From positions 1 to 58,833 of IMG/VR virus record IMGVR_UViG_3300021373_001106: a stretch of 58,833 nucleotides of DNA; one strand, written 5' to 3'. A program made the position numbers and the translations under genes. Below the pieces are notes generated by a model. The model ran no database searches and was not told the DNA's origin. It was given only the letters and a program-made list of their open reading frames with translations. Positions 46,937 to 56,526 of this stretch are shown here, piece after piece. The stretch comes from a virus. Lineage: Duplodnaviria; Caudoviricetes. Within the stretch, counting starts at the first letter, position 1. Every line of letters starts with the position of its first letter.

Positions 46937-49900
46937 TTAATCTCCCATTCTGTACCAAGCTACCGGATTAGGTAGGTTTGGATTATTAGCTATATCTGCT
47001 GTTTGGTTAGTTCCTGTTTTAGTAGGTTGGTAAATATCATTATAAATTTGATCAGCATTTAAAGCTGTATCGAATATTGCTACTTCGTCTAATTTTCCAG
47101 AATATTTAGGGTAACTTGCACGATTTAAACCTAACGCTAAGTTACTTACTACAACAATGTCATCTGAAGATAATGTACCTGATTTATAACTTATTGTTCT
47201 TTCTGTTCCATCTATATAAATTTTACTATTTCCATCGTATGTGTAAACAAAGTGATGCCATTGTCCATCTGCAAATTCATCTGTTACTGAAGCGGTTACT
47301 CCAAATTGCTTACTTGAACTTCCTTGAAAATACGAAATACCATTAGGTGTAGGTATTTGACTAGAAAAAGTACCAAGTATAAAAGAATCATTTGCGTTAC
47401 CCATAATACATTGATAACCCGCGTAAGAGCTATTAAACCAAAAAGAAATAGTTTTATTTCCAGAAGTTATGCTATAATTAGTATTCATATAATCATTTAC
47501 ACCATCAAACACCATCGAATAAATGTTACTTATTTGATTTCCAACATATCCAGGTACATAAGGGCTAATATCACTTGGAATCATATTATAACTCTGAGAG
47601 TTAGAAGTTGACAAAGGAGCGTCTCCTACACGATCTAAGATGTCTAAATTTGTTCCTATACCATTTGCATAAGTTCCAGGTGCATCAGCTGAAATCATTG
47701 TAGTAACACTACCAGATCCAGTTCCATTAGGCGCTCCAGATATTGAGTTAGGTACAGTAAAAGCTGGAACATCATTAAAATAAGCATTTTCACCAAGTCT
47801 CCACCAAGAAATAGGGGCAGTTCCAGAGAAAGTAGTTAAATCTTTTGGTCTACCATTATTATATATTTCTAATACTTGGGCTGAAGTTAGTTCAGTGTTA
47901 AATATAGAGGTTTCATCAATTTTACCATTCATATAATCTGTAGATCTTTTACCAATTTCAACTGGTGCTGTGCCATTATTCATAGCTAAATAAGTTCCAC
48001 TTATAAAATCAGTATCATCTACCCTTGTTCCGTTTAAATAAATTTTAATTCCACTTGCTGAACGACTTCCGTCATAAGTGCCAACTAAATGAATCCATTG
48101 TCCTTCATATCCTGTTATAGGTGTATTATAATATCTTGAAATTAAACTACTACCAAGTTGACTATTTAATTGAAAAATTAATTTATCATTAGACATAACT
48201 AAAAAGCTATATTCAAATTGACCAGTAGTATGTTTTGATAATATCATTGAATTAGTTGCATCAATAAAATTAACCCAAGCAGAAAAAGAAAAAGGACTGT
48301 CACTTGTGCCATCTCCAAAACTAAAAATATCTGAATCTCCACAATCTATATAATCTCCTGTTCCATCAAAGCTTAAACTATAGTTACTATAAGGTGAATC
48401 AAATTGTAAATCACTTTGTTGTAAAGCTGTACTTGGTAAAGTTGTACTTACTCCGTTTGATGGTTGAGGAGCTAACACGTCAGAAATTATTTGTATAGCT
48501 CCTGGAGTACTGTTCGTACCATTATTGCTTCCAGCAGAATCTGTTATTGTAGAACCTCCAGTATCTAATTTCCACCAAGAAATGAGGTTAGAGCTTTGAG
48601 GCATACCAGATAAAGCAGCCACTGGTGTTCCATTGTTATACAGTGCACTAGCTTCAGTGCTTGATAAATTAGTGTTCCATATTTGAAAATTACTTAATTG
48701 ACCAATAAAACTATAAGTATTACTATTAGCATACCAACCAACTTCAAGATTTTTTCCATTAAGATCTAAATCAGTGTAAGTCCAATTTTTAACAGGAATA
48801 CTATTTACATAAAACACTGAACCAGAAGGTAAGAAAGATAGAACACAGTGAGACCACTCTTTGTTAGAATTTGTTCCATAATCAAATGAGAACTTTTGTC
48901 CATTATTGTATAGTCTAAAATCATTTTGCCTTACTACAAAAGAAATTCCACCAGTACCAGGAAAAGTAAAAATACCATCATCATTACCTGTAGTAGTTGG
49001 ATTTATCCAGAAAGAAACGGTAAAACCACCAGTATAGTTGTCACCTATTAAATTACCTATTGAATTACCAAAATCTATATGATCAGCGTTAAAATCTAAA
49101 GCTGTTGTATAATTAGGTGTTTGAATAGGTAATGCAGTTGGTATTTTCCAAGATGGGGTGACAGCTACTCCAGAGGAGATGTCTGTGGCACCATTATTAG
49201 TTCCTGTATTTCCATTACCAGAATAATCTGTTATTGCAGTTTGATCATCTAGTTTCCACCAAGCTTGAGGAGAGAAAGATATATTAGTTTCTGGAGTACC
49301 AAAATTAAATAAAGTTGAAACTTGTGAAGCTGATAAAGCTGAGTTAAATATAGCTAAATTTGAAAGTTGACCATTCCAATAACCGCCATTTTGTTTTTGT
49401 CCTATTTTATTTAACGGGCCAAAAGTTCCTGGTTTAGTAGGGGAGTTATTAGTATAGTGTATACCATTTCTAAATATAGTACAAACGTTACTTGAATCTC
49501 TACGCAAAACAACGTGCTGCCACTCTCCTGTTGTAAATGTAGCTCCTGAGTTCCAAGAGCTTTTTGAATTTGCTAAATCTAAATCAGTTTGAGTTGAAGT
49601 ATGAATTCTTAACCAGTTTTGAGAAAAATCATCCCCTATTGGAACAACACCAAAAGAATTATGTTTCATCCAAAAACTTATAGTAAATTCGCCTGTCAAA
49701 CTAATATCTGGAAAACTAATATAATCTGATTGTGAATTTACAAAATCTAAAGCCGTTGTATAATTAGGTGCACTAGGCGTATAAACAGAATCTGCATTTA
49801 GTTTCCACCAATTTTGTGGAGTTACTGTATAAGTTGTTTGAGGAGAGCCGTTGTTGTATATGTTAGCTATATTAGTTGATTGATCTGTATTCCATATAGC

Positions 49901-51106
49901 TACATTAGACATTTTACCATCAAAATTTGCAAAAGTTCCAAAATTATATTTTCCTAATACAGCTTCTGAGCCTATACCAGTTCTTACACTACCTACTGTT
50001 ATATTACTTCCAAACTGATTACCATCTATATAAAGTTTAGCAGTTGTTCCATTTACAGTTAAAATAAAATTATACCAAACTCCAGAAGATAAACCGGCGG
50101 GTAATGTTGATGCTCCTGCTCCACCAATGCCAATATAAAAAGTACTACCGGTATGTTGAAAAGTAACAGAATTGTTAGGAGCTGCGGCGGTTCCTGAGTT
50201 AAATAAAACAGAATTAGTTGCTATATTATCTTTATTTACCCACATTGAAATAGTAAACTCGTTTGATTCAACATTTGTTAAATCACCTAAACTTACATAA
50301 TCTCCGGGTGAAGTACTATCAAAATCCATTACATAATCTTGCAATACACCATTTGGAAATTGCCATTCGCTACTTGCTTCATTACCTAAGTAACCTTGCA
50401 TCTGCGCTTGCTCACCTAATGGATAATAAGCTACGGGATTTAAATTTGAAGCTATTAAGTTAGATGGATATATGTTGGGACTAGTCCCTCCATATAGTGC
50501 ACTTATTTCAGTAGAATCTAAAGCTCTATTAAATATAGCTACTTCGTCTATTTTGCCATCCATTGGATATGTTCCGTAACCAAACCTACCTATTTCGAAG
50601 TTTGCTGGGTCATTATCTATGCTGCTTGGAATACTTGTTGAATTTGTGTTTTCAAGAACATTATCTACATAAATTTTCATACTTGTATTTGGTGTAAACA
50701 CAGCTACAATATGATGCCATTGATTATCTTTTAAATCAGTTGTACCAGATACAGAATAACCAGTATTAGAATTATAGATAACAAATCTTGGAAAACCATC
50801 AGCTGCAATTCTACCCCATAAATCATAACTTCTATCAGTAACATTATCTTTAGAAACAATACAAACTTGTGCAGGAGATGTTGAATTTATTTTTACCCAA
50901 GCTGAAATAGTTAAAGCTCCTGTTATTTGTAATTCTGTTGGATTGCCTACATCTATATAATCCGAACTTGCAGAATCAAAATTCATAGAATACAAACTAT
51001 TAACACCAGTACCAGTAGCAGGATTACCATCCGTATTAAGCGGATTGGTATTTGTGTTTATCTCGTTAGGTAATAAAAAACTTGGACTTCTATACTTTGC
51101 TGACAT
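46937..51106 (-). CDS. LamG/concanavalin-A-like repeat virion appendage protein (6 modules)
   Basis: Six TIS.W...W.H...G.IDEVAIFN...P..WW(K/R)L modules; ends WYRMGD. Confidence 0.85.
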   Translation of the reverse strand: MSAKYRSPSFLLPNEINTNTNPLNTDGNPATGTGVNSLYSMNFDSASSDYIDVGNPTELQITGALTISAWVKINSTSPAQVCIVSKDNVTDRSYDLWGRIAADGFPRFVIYNSNTGYSVSGTTDLKDNQWHHIVAVFTPNTSMKIYVDNVLENTNSTSIPSSIDNDPANFEIGRFGYGTYPMDGKIDEVAIFNRALDSTEISALYGGTSPNIYPSNLIASNLNPVAYYPLGEQAQMQGYLGNEASSEWQFPNGVLQDYVMDFDSTSPGDYVSLGDLTNVESNEFTISMWVNKDNIATNSVLFNSGTAAAPNNSVTFQHTGSTFYIGIGGAGASTLPAGLSSGVWYNFILTVNGTTAKLYIDGNQFGSNITVGSVRTGIGSEAVLGKYNFGTFANFDGKMSNVAIWNTDQSTNIANIYNNGSPQTTYTVTPQNWWKLNADSVYTPSAPNYTTALDFVNSQSDYISFPDISLTGEFTISFWMKHNSFGVVPIGDDFSQNWLRIHTSTQTDLDLANSKSSWNSGATFTTGEWQHVVLRRDSSNVCTIFRNGIHYTNNSPTKPGTFGPLNKIGQKQNGGYWNGQLSNLAIFNSALSASQVSTLFNFGTPETNISFSPQAWWKLDDQTAITDYSGNGNTGTNNGATDISSGVAVTPSWKIPTALPIQTPNYTTALDFNADHIDFGNSIGNLIGDNYTGGFTVSFWINPTTTGNDDGIFTFPGTGGISFVVRQNDFRLYNNGQKFSFDYGTNSNKEWSHCVLSFLPSGSVFYVNSIPVKNWTYTDLDLNGKNLEVGWYANSNTYSFIGQLSNFQIWNTNLSSTEASALYNNGTPVAALSGMPQSSNLISWWKLDTGGSTITDSAGSNNGTNSTPGAIQIISDVLAPQPSNGVSTTLPSTALQQSDLQFDSPYSNYSLSFDGTGDYIDCGDSDIFSFGDGTSDSPFSFSAWVNFIDATNSMILSKHTTGQFEYSFLVMSNDKLIFQLNSQLGSSLISRYYNTPITGYEGQWIHLVGTYDGSRSASGIKIYLNGTRVDDTDFISGTYLAMNNGTAPVEIGKRSTDYMNGKIDETSIFNTELTSAQVLEIYNNGRPKDLTTFSGTAPISWWRLGENAYFNDVPAFTVPNSISGAPNGTGSGSVTTMISADAPGTYANGIGTNLDILDRVGDAPLSTSNSQSYNMIPSDISPYVPGYVGNQISNIYSMVFDGVNDYMNTNYSITSGNKTISFWFNSSYAGYQCIMGNANDSFILGTFSSQIPTPNGISYFQGSSSKQFGVTASVTDEFADGQWHHFVYTYDGNSKIYIDGTERTISYKSGTLSSDDIVVVSNLALGLNRASYPKYSGKLDEVAIFDTALNADQIYNDIYQPTKTGTNQTADIANNPNLPNPVAWYRMGD

Positions 51107-51116
51107 ATTCTATAAT

Positions 51117-53582
51117 TTAACTATCTCCCATTCGGTTCCAATATACAAGAGAGGAATCTAATCCACCTGTGAATAAATCACCTGTTTTACCTGGATTATC
51201 ATTCGTTGCATTGTAAATCAACTCAACCTCTGACAAAGATAAAGCTTTATTAAATATAGCTACTTCGTCTAATTTACCATCAAAGAATACGCTTTTAGAA
51301 TAATTAGCACCTATTACTTCAAATAAAGTATTACCACTTAAACTCTGTGCTGAGCCTACTGGCGAACCATCTACATATAGCTGTATTAAATTTGATGAAT
51401 TTCTAGTAAATGCAATATGATGCCAAGCTCCATCTTTCATAGGATTAGAACTTAATCCACTTAAATCAAATGTCCTAGCTCCTGAACTAGTTCTATATGA
51501 TACTGTATCTGTAGCATTTAGTGCTTTTAATAAATAACCTTGACTATTGTTAGCTCCAAACACATCTTTAGTTACAGTATTAGAAGAATTAATCCAAAAT
51601 GATAATGTATTTGTAGTTCCATAATTCACTTCACTACTTAACTGTATATAAGCATCTGTCCCATTAAATGACATAGCCGCATTGTTGTCTAGTAAGCTTA
51701 AATCAGCTGCAGTAACTCCGAAGTTTTCTATAATACCATTATTAGCACAGCTAGTACCAGAGCCAGCAGTTTGATAGAAAATCTTATAGGTTCCAATAGT
51801 AGAGTTAGCTAAGTCAATCTCACCAGTAGAAGAGTTAATACTCAATCCTGGAGTAGCACTATAAGTACCTCCACTTGTTCCAGGAGCACTTGTTACACTA
51901 GCTGTTCCAACTTTAGGAAAACTAGTTCCGCTATAAGCAAATGTGGTTTGGTCTAATGGTTTAACAGTAATAGTATTGTCTACAGTAACAGGACAAGTTC
52001 CTGCACTTGTATATCTTACTGTATAAGTACCTGCATCCGATGCTTGTAAATTAATTACACCTGTTAACGAATCAATAGTTAATGTTCCTGAACCAGCGTG
52101 CTTGCTAAATGTTCCTCCTGTAGCTCCAGTTACTGTTGGCTGATCACTCTCTGGACTATACGTGTTAGAAGGGGGGTGGAATAAAACAACTCCTGGAGTA
52201 GAAGCAGCAGAAACTCCAGGCATATAATAATTAGTTCCTCCTATATTGTGAAGATGACTTTGACCATCATTACTATAAGAATTAGCATCAGTCTGACTAG
52301 TATACATTGGATAGTAACCATTTACATTCTGAGCGCCTGGTACAGTTGGCATTATACAGTAGCTAGCTGCAGCGTATTGTACAGTAGCTGTGTCTGTAGC
52401 AGTAACTGTTATTTGTTGGCTAGCAGTGTTAAAACACCCATTGGCATCTGTTCCAGTAACGGAATAAGTTGTATTAGTTCCTGGAGTTACAGTGATTGCA
52501 GCTGTAGTCTGACCATCACTCCAAGAATAACTTCCTCCAGCTCCAGCACCACTAGCGGTAAGAGTAACATTGTCTCCAGCACAAATAGAAGTGCTAGATG
52601 CACTAATAGAAATAGTTGGTAATGGATTAACAGTGAATGCAGCACTAGCTGTGTTTTGACAACCATTACTACCTGTGCCAGTAACTGAATATGTACCAGA
52701 AGAACTAACTGTTATTTGAGCGGTAGTTTCTGTAGTAGACCAAAGGTAAGAAGCGCCTCCTGATGCAGTAAGTGTAGCTGAAGAACCATCACAAACAGAT
52801 AAAGATGGATTAGGAGTAATAACGATATTTGGTAATTCTTTAACAGTGACCGATGTAGTAGCTGTTTCTCCAGTAGAAGCAGTATAAGTAACTGTATAAG
52901 GTGTATTGTCATCTGGTGTAGATGTGTCGGTATTTATAACACCCGTAGTAGAATTAATACTTAATCCAGTTGTTGAAGCAAAAGTTCCACTTCCTGGATC
53001 ACCAACAACAGTAGGTGCAGCAGTATTGCCACCATCCTCACAAAAAGAAGCAGCAGAGTAAGTTATAGATAACGCAACTTGAACAGTTACATCAAAAGTG
53101 CTTGAAGTAGGACAGTTTCCTGTAGTAGTGTAAGTAATAGTATAAGGACCACCTACAGTAGAAGCGGCTAAATTAATAATACCACTTGAACTATCTGTAA
53201 ATACGATTCCACTAGGTGCGCTAAATACACCACCAACTAAACCTGTTATGGTTGGAGCAGGGTTAGAAGCGTTTTGTCTGAAACTAGATGCAGAGTAAGA
53301 AAAAGAAGAATCGTCAGCGGGTAAAATAGTTATAGTATCTTCAGTGGGGCCAATACTATAAGTAACTGTATAGTTTCCTGGGTTAGAATTACTAACATCA
53401 ATAACACCTGTGCTAGAATCTAAAGAAAGGCCTGAAGGACTTGATGAAAAAGTTCCTCCTGGATTATTAATAACAGGAGTTACATCCGAACCATTTTTAC
53501 AAGCTTGCGACTCTTGATACTCAAAAGACGGTTCTGCTCTAGGGTTCGAAAAACCTACACCGATTCCCGCTCCTATGTTCAT
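51117..53582 (-). CDS. Ig/PKD-like repeat plus C-terminal LamG virion protein
   Basis: Repeats GGTFS...GL.I.S.TG.ID...S..G.YTV.Y and C.G...TLTASG...Y.WS; ends WNRMGDS. Confidence 0.75.
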   Translation of the reverse strand: MNIGAGIGVGFSNPRAEPSFEYQESQACKNGSDVTPVINNPGGTFSSSPSGLSLDSSTGVIDVSNSNPGNYTVTYSIGPTEDTITILPADDSSFSYSASSFRQNASNPAPTITGLVGGVFSAPSGIVFTDSSSGIINLAASTVGGPYTITYTTTGNCPTSSTFDVTVQVALSITYSAASFCEDGGNTAAPTVVGDPGSGTFASTTGLSINSTTGVINTDTSTPDDNTPYTVTYTASTGETATTSVTVKELPNIVITPNPSLSVCDGSSATLTASGGASYLWSTTETTAQITVSSSGTYSVTGTGSNGCQNTASAAFTVNPLPTISISASSTSICAGDNVTLTASGAGAGGSYSWSDGQTTAAITVTPGTNTTYSVTGTDANGCFNTASQQITVTATDTATVQYAAASYCIMPTVPGAQNVNGYYPMYTSQTDANSYSNDGQSHLHNIGGTNYYMPGVSAASTPGVVLFHPPSNTYSPESDQPTVTGATGGTFSKHAGSGTLTIDSLTGVINLQASDAGTYTVRYTSAGTCPVTVDNTITVKPLDQTTFAYSGTSFPKVGTASVTSAPGTSGGTYSATPGLSINSSTGEIDLANSTIGTYKIFYQTAGSGTSCANNGIIENFGVTAADLSLLDNNAAMSFNGTDAYIQLSSEVNYGTTNTLSFWINSSNTVTKDVFGANNSQGYLLKALNATDTVSYRTSSGARTFDLSGLSSNPMKDGAWHHIAFTRNSSNLIQLYVDGSPVGSAQSLSGNTLFEVIGANYSKSVFFDGKLDEVAIFNKALSLSEVELIYNATNDNPGKTGDLFTGGLDSSLVYWNRMGDS

Positions 53583-53583
53583 A

Positions 53584-54066
53584 TTACCAGTGAGCTATAA
53601 AATCTGCAGCTAATCCACTTCCGCTAAGTGTAACAATTCTTATTACTTGTATAGGTAAAAAAGTTCCTTTTTGAACAGCTTTATAAGTAACCTCATCACC
53701 CGCAGCAGTAACTACTTTCAAATCTCCAGTTCCACCAACATACAATATACAGCCTCTAGTGCTTTGAGAATATATTTGAAATTTATCTCCTGCAGTGGAA
53801 AATATATTACCACTTAAACTTAGTTGTGTTCCACTATCAATAGCGGCAACTAATGCATAAGCTCCAGTTGTTACATTTTCTACAATATATCCTGCTTGAA
53901 CAGTGTTTGCAGTAAAAGTATCTGCGGCAGCTACAGTTAATTTGCTAGTTGCTGAAGTAGCGTTTGTTCCTGTGATTCCAGCAAAATCTGGGTCAGGTAT
54001 ATTAATACCAGTTGTAGTTGCGTGAACTGGTAAAGCTCTTGTGACTTGTAATCTTTGATATGCCAT
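53584..54066 (-). CDS. Putative virion structural protein
   Basis: LYVGGTGDLKV...GTFLPIQV; directly upstream of the appendage genes. Confidence 0.6.
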   Translation of the reverse strand: MAYQRLQVTRALPVHATTTGINIPDPDFAGITGTNATSATSKLTVAAADTFTANTVQAGYIVENVTTGAYALVAAIDSGTQLSLSGNIFSTAGDKFQIYSQSTRGCILYVGGTGDLKVVTAAGDEVTYKAVQKGTFLPIQVIRIVTLSGSGLAADFIAHW

Positions 54067-54069
54067 AAT

Positions 54070-54219
54070 TTATTTTTTAAAAGGATATTTTCTGTTTAAT
54101 GAATCTCTTCTCTCAGCGCAACCACACGGTTTGCCAGTAACTTTAGAAACTGTATCTACTACTTTTTTAATACCCGTTGCTTTAGTTACGCCCTCTACTA
54201 AGTCTCCTAATCCTTGCAT
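54070..54219 (-). CDS. 49-aa GLGD/CGC peptide (not in ORF track)
   Basis: MQGLGDLVEGVTKATGIKKVV...PCGCAERRDSLN. Confidence 0.7.
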   Translation of the reverse strand: MQGLGDLVEGVTKATGIKKVVDTVSKVTGKPCGCAERRDSLNRKYPFKK

Positions 54220-54347
54220 TTGCATAATTTATTAGGGCAAGAAGCCACATTAAACATTAACTTAGATATAAGCCAGTTCCATTTGCACTGCATCTTAATC
54301 CAAGTGTTTTGAATCCATAAGCCTAATTTAACTAAAGCTTTTCCCAT
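54207..54347 (-). CDS. 46-aa Cys/Trp-rich peptide (not in ORF track)
   Basis: MGKALVKLGLWIQNTW...CPNKLCKCKD; TAATG coupling. Confidence 0.6.
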   Translation of the reverse strand: MGKALVKLGLWIQNTWIKMQCKWNWLISKLMFNVASCPNKLCKCKD

Positions 54348-54550
54348 TACTTCTTAATCATTTTGCTTAAGTGGCCTTTTACACTTTTTGGATAGTGCTT
54401 CATAGAGTGATCTCCACCATAAGCGTGACCAGATTCTTTTTTAGACATACTCTTAGATTCGTCTCTTCTATCTTTCATTGATTGTTTGTGTGACCCTTTG
54501 TGCTTCATTCCTAATGACTCATCTAGTCTGTCGTTGTATCCTTGTTTCAT
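54347..54550 (-). CDS. Small basic protein
   Basis: MKQGYNDRLDESLGMKH...; ATGA coupling. Confidence 0.65.
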   Translation of the reverse strand: MKQGYNDRLDESLGMKHKGSHKQSMKDRRDESKSMSKKESGHAYGGDHSMKHYPKSVKGHLSKMIKK

Positions 54551-54720
54551 TTTTTAAATAAATTAATGTTAGCATCTGCCATTTCATTGCCTTCAGCAAT
54601 CATTCTGACCTTATCAAATCTTTTTTGCATTCTCTTCATATCTGCTAGCTTGGTAATTCCCATTCTAGAGTCTGGTCTCATATTGATCTCACGACCAAAT
54701 TTCATTTCTAAACCGTCCAT
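54547..54720 (-). CDS. Small protein (start 54720 more likely than track 54822)
   Basis: MDGLEMKFGRE...; -7 box TATATTTG at 54735-54742. Confidence 0.6.
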   Translation of the reverse strand: MDGLEMKFGREINMRPDSRMGITKLADMKRMQKRFDKVRMIAEGNEMADANINLFKK

Positions 54721-54743
54721 AATTCTTTTTTTTACAAATATAA

Positions 54744-55034
54744 CTAATATTTTCCTCTTCGACTTTTTGGTGAACTTTTTGTAGAACCTCCCTTGCCAGC
54801 CCATAAATTCTTGCAGGCCCAATACCGAGCTGTCAACTTCGACTTGGCTGTATCACATTTATGTCTGGCTCGGAAAGATTTTCGTGCCGCAGCACTATAG
54901 TTATGACCATATCCTTTTGCGCCAAAATGAATCAACTTCTCTTTACCACCCTCACAAGCTTTGACCATTCTCTTTTTGCCAGCTCTGTCACTAGACCTAA
55001 CAACATTGCACTTCATTTTACTTTTGTCCGCCAT
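54744..55034 (-). CDS. Small basic Cys-containing phage protein
   Basis: KLIHFG...ARKSFRARHKC...TARYWACKNLW pattern, which I recall from marine phages. Confidence 0.75.
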   Translation of the reverse strand: MADKSKMKCNVVRSSDRAGKKRMVKACEGGKEKLIHFGAKGYGHNYSAAARKSFRARHKCDTAKSKLTARYWACKNLWAGKGGSTKSSPKSRRGKY

Positions 55035-55125
55035 TCTCTTCTATTTCTTCGTAACTAAATACCCAATCACTATATTCTCTATTGCGATTGTATTGCTCAA
55101 TGTACCACTCCTTGTCTCTAAGCAT
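55018..55125 (-). CDS. 35-aa peptide (not in ORF track)
   Basis: MLRDKEWYIEQYNRNREYSDWVFSYEEIEENGGQK; overlaps both neighbours. Confidence 0.5.
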   Translation of the reverse strand: MLRDKEWYIEQYNRNREYSDWVFSYEEIEENGGQK

Positions 55126-55351
55126 TTTTAGCTGCTTTAGTATTTGCAACAAACTGTTTCTTTCCACCAGAAGCTTTTTTCTTTTTAGCAGTAGCTGCTC
55201 TTTGCTTCTTACTTAGTCTCTTTGCTTTAGCTAGAGGCAAGCATCTGTCTGGGTTTTTTTTATTCTTACTAGTGCCACAGGCTCCTTTTATTTCGCCATC
55301 GGTTCCAATACGAACCCACTTCTGGTCACGCCATTTTTTTAGCTCACCCAT
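55118..55351 (-). CDS. Small basic phage protein (DUF5872-like half)
   Basis: LKKWRDQKWV...CG...CLP.AKA..LSK. Confidence 0.7.
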   Translation of the reverse strand: MGELKKWRDQKWVRIGTDGEIKGACGTSKNKKNPDRCLPLAKAKRLSKKQRAATAKKKKASGGKKQFVANTKAAKNA

Positions 55352-55503
55352 TAATAGCCTGAAGTAGTTTTTTTCTCCATACCGTAGTTTGGATTGTAAC
55401 TAATTTTACCCTTGCTCATTTTAGCAAATGAATCTGCTTGAGCTTTTCCCACAGCATTGTATGGAAATACTCTTTTTTTACCTTTTACTTTTACCGTTGG
55501 CAT
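55351..55503 (-). CDS. 50-aa basic peptide (not in ORF track)
   Basis: MPTVKVKGKKRVFPYNAVGKAQA...; TAATG coupling. Confidence 0.65.
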   Translation of the reverse strand: MPTVKVKGKKRVFPYNAVGKAQADSFAKMSKGKISYNPNYGMEKKTTSGY

Positions 55504-55603
55504 TTTTCTTTTTTTTTAATAATTTAAAATCAGCTCCTGTTATCTTGTCAAAAGGCATTGCTAGTCTAGCAATCTTTCTTTGTTTTGCACTTAACTTACT
55601 CAT
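55478..55603 (-). CDS. 41-aa basic peptide (not in ORF track)
   Basis: MSKLSAKQRKIARLAMPFDKITGADFKLLKKKK...; ATGA coupling. Confidence 0.65.
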   Translation of the reverse strand: MSKLSAKQRKIARLAMPFDKITGADFKLLKKKKNANGKSKR

Positions 55604-55734
55604 TTTCCGTATTTAGGATCTTTACAATATTTACTAGCAGCCATATTTGCATAAGCACTCGGGTACTTGTCAAAAGTTCTTTTTGCCCAAGCTATACCAG
55701 CTGGACATATTTTGTTTTTTTTTCTTTTTGCCAT
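55600..55734 (-). CDS. 44-aa basic peptide with YPSAYAN motif (not in ORF track)
   Basis: MAKRKKNKICPAGIAWAKRTFDKYPSAYANMAASKYCK. Confidence 0.7.
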   Translation of the reverse strand: MAKRKKNKICPAGIAWAKRTFDKYPSAYANMAASKYCKDPKYGK

Positions 55735-55822
55735 AATCAATTATTTCTTGAATCACATAAATGAAACCGAACATAAATCCTGCTAATAATATCAATAATA
55801 CCCGATCTTTCATTATATTTAG

Positions 55823-55830
55823 CAAAGATA
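55823..55830 (-). promoter_or_regulatory. Bacteroidota -7 box TATCTTTG driving the microprotein operon
   Basis: TAnnTTTG overlapping the likely ATG (55830) of the divergent wHTH gene. Confidence 0.55.
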
Positions 55831-56303
55831 TGAAAAAGATTGTAAGGAGACCTCACGATAGAATCCAGCCATCTCACGATTACCTCAAGTACTGGAGAAT
55901 AATAAGATACTGGGCAAAGAAACAATACGGATTTACTGTAGCTGATTTAGATATAATGTTCTTTCTATATTCAGAAAGATTGTTTACCAAAACACATTTT
56001 CATAAGTATGGAAATATTATGTCTTGGGACCCAACTCGTTTTAAAAGCTTAATAGAACGTGGATATATCCATATATGGAGAGAAAAACAAGGAAAAGAAG
56101 CTAGGCTATATGAAGTAACCTTTAAAGGTAAAAGAGCTATAAACAACATATATAAGAAGCTAAATGGTGAAGCAATCGCTGAATCAGCTGAAATAAACCC
56201 TATATTCAAAGATGACGTTAGGTATATGGATAAAGTTTACCGTAATGCAATACTAGAACTAAATAAGTCTATAAAACAACAACAACGTCCCGCTCTTGAA
56301 TAA
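55830..56303 (+). CDS. Winged-HTH (MarR-like) DNA-binding protein (track start 55761; 55830 more likely)
   Basis: GFTVADLDIMFFL...SLIERGYI...LYEVTFKGK. Confidence 0.6.
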   Translation: MKKIVRRPHDRIQPSHDYLKYWRIIRYWAKKQYGFTVADLDIMFFLYSERLFTKTHFHKYGNIMSWDPTRFKSLIERGYIHIWREKQGKEARLYEVTFKGKRAINNIYKKLNGEAIAESAEINPIFKDDVRYMDKVYRNAILELNKSIKQQQRPALE

Positions 56304-56526
56304 CTACATACGACTGATCCTTAATAATCACCTCGTGCGCTTGAGCTTTATCATAATAAACAACATCACCTGACTTAATAGTATTTACTTCTGTTCCTGG
56401 CTTGACTACCGTTGCTTTCTTATATCTAAAAGCAAACGCATCCGTTTGGGATAATAACAACCCAGACTCTGTTTTTAACTCCTCCATAACTGGAGTAACA
56501 ATGATATACTTATTTATCGGCTTCAT
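56269..56526 (-). CDS. groES: Co-chaperonin GroES
   Basis: MKPINKYIIV, mobile loop KTESGLLL, ATVV.PG, IKSGDVV, IQERDVVVVL. Confidence 0.9.
   Translation of the reverse strand: MKPINKYIIVTPVMEELKTESGLLLSQTDAFAFRYKKATVVKPGTEVNTIKSGDVVYYDKAQAHEVIIKDQSYVVIQERDVVVVL

Noticed and set aside
44570-53582. Diversity-generating retroelement acting on the LamG genes
   Set aside because: No reverse transcriptase ORF, and no roughly 100-bp TR/VR pair with adenine-specific mismatches; the repeats are short coding anchors
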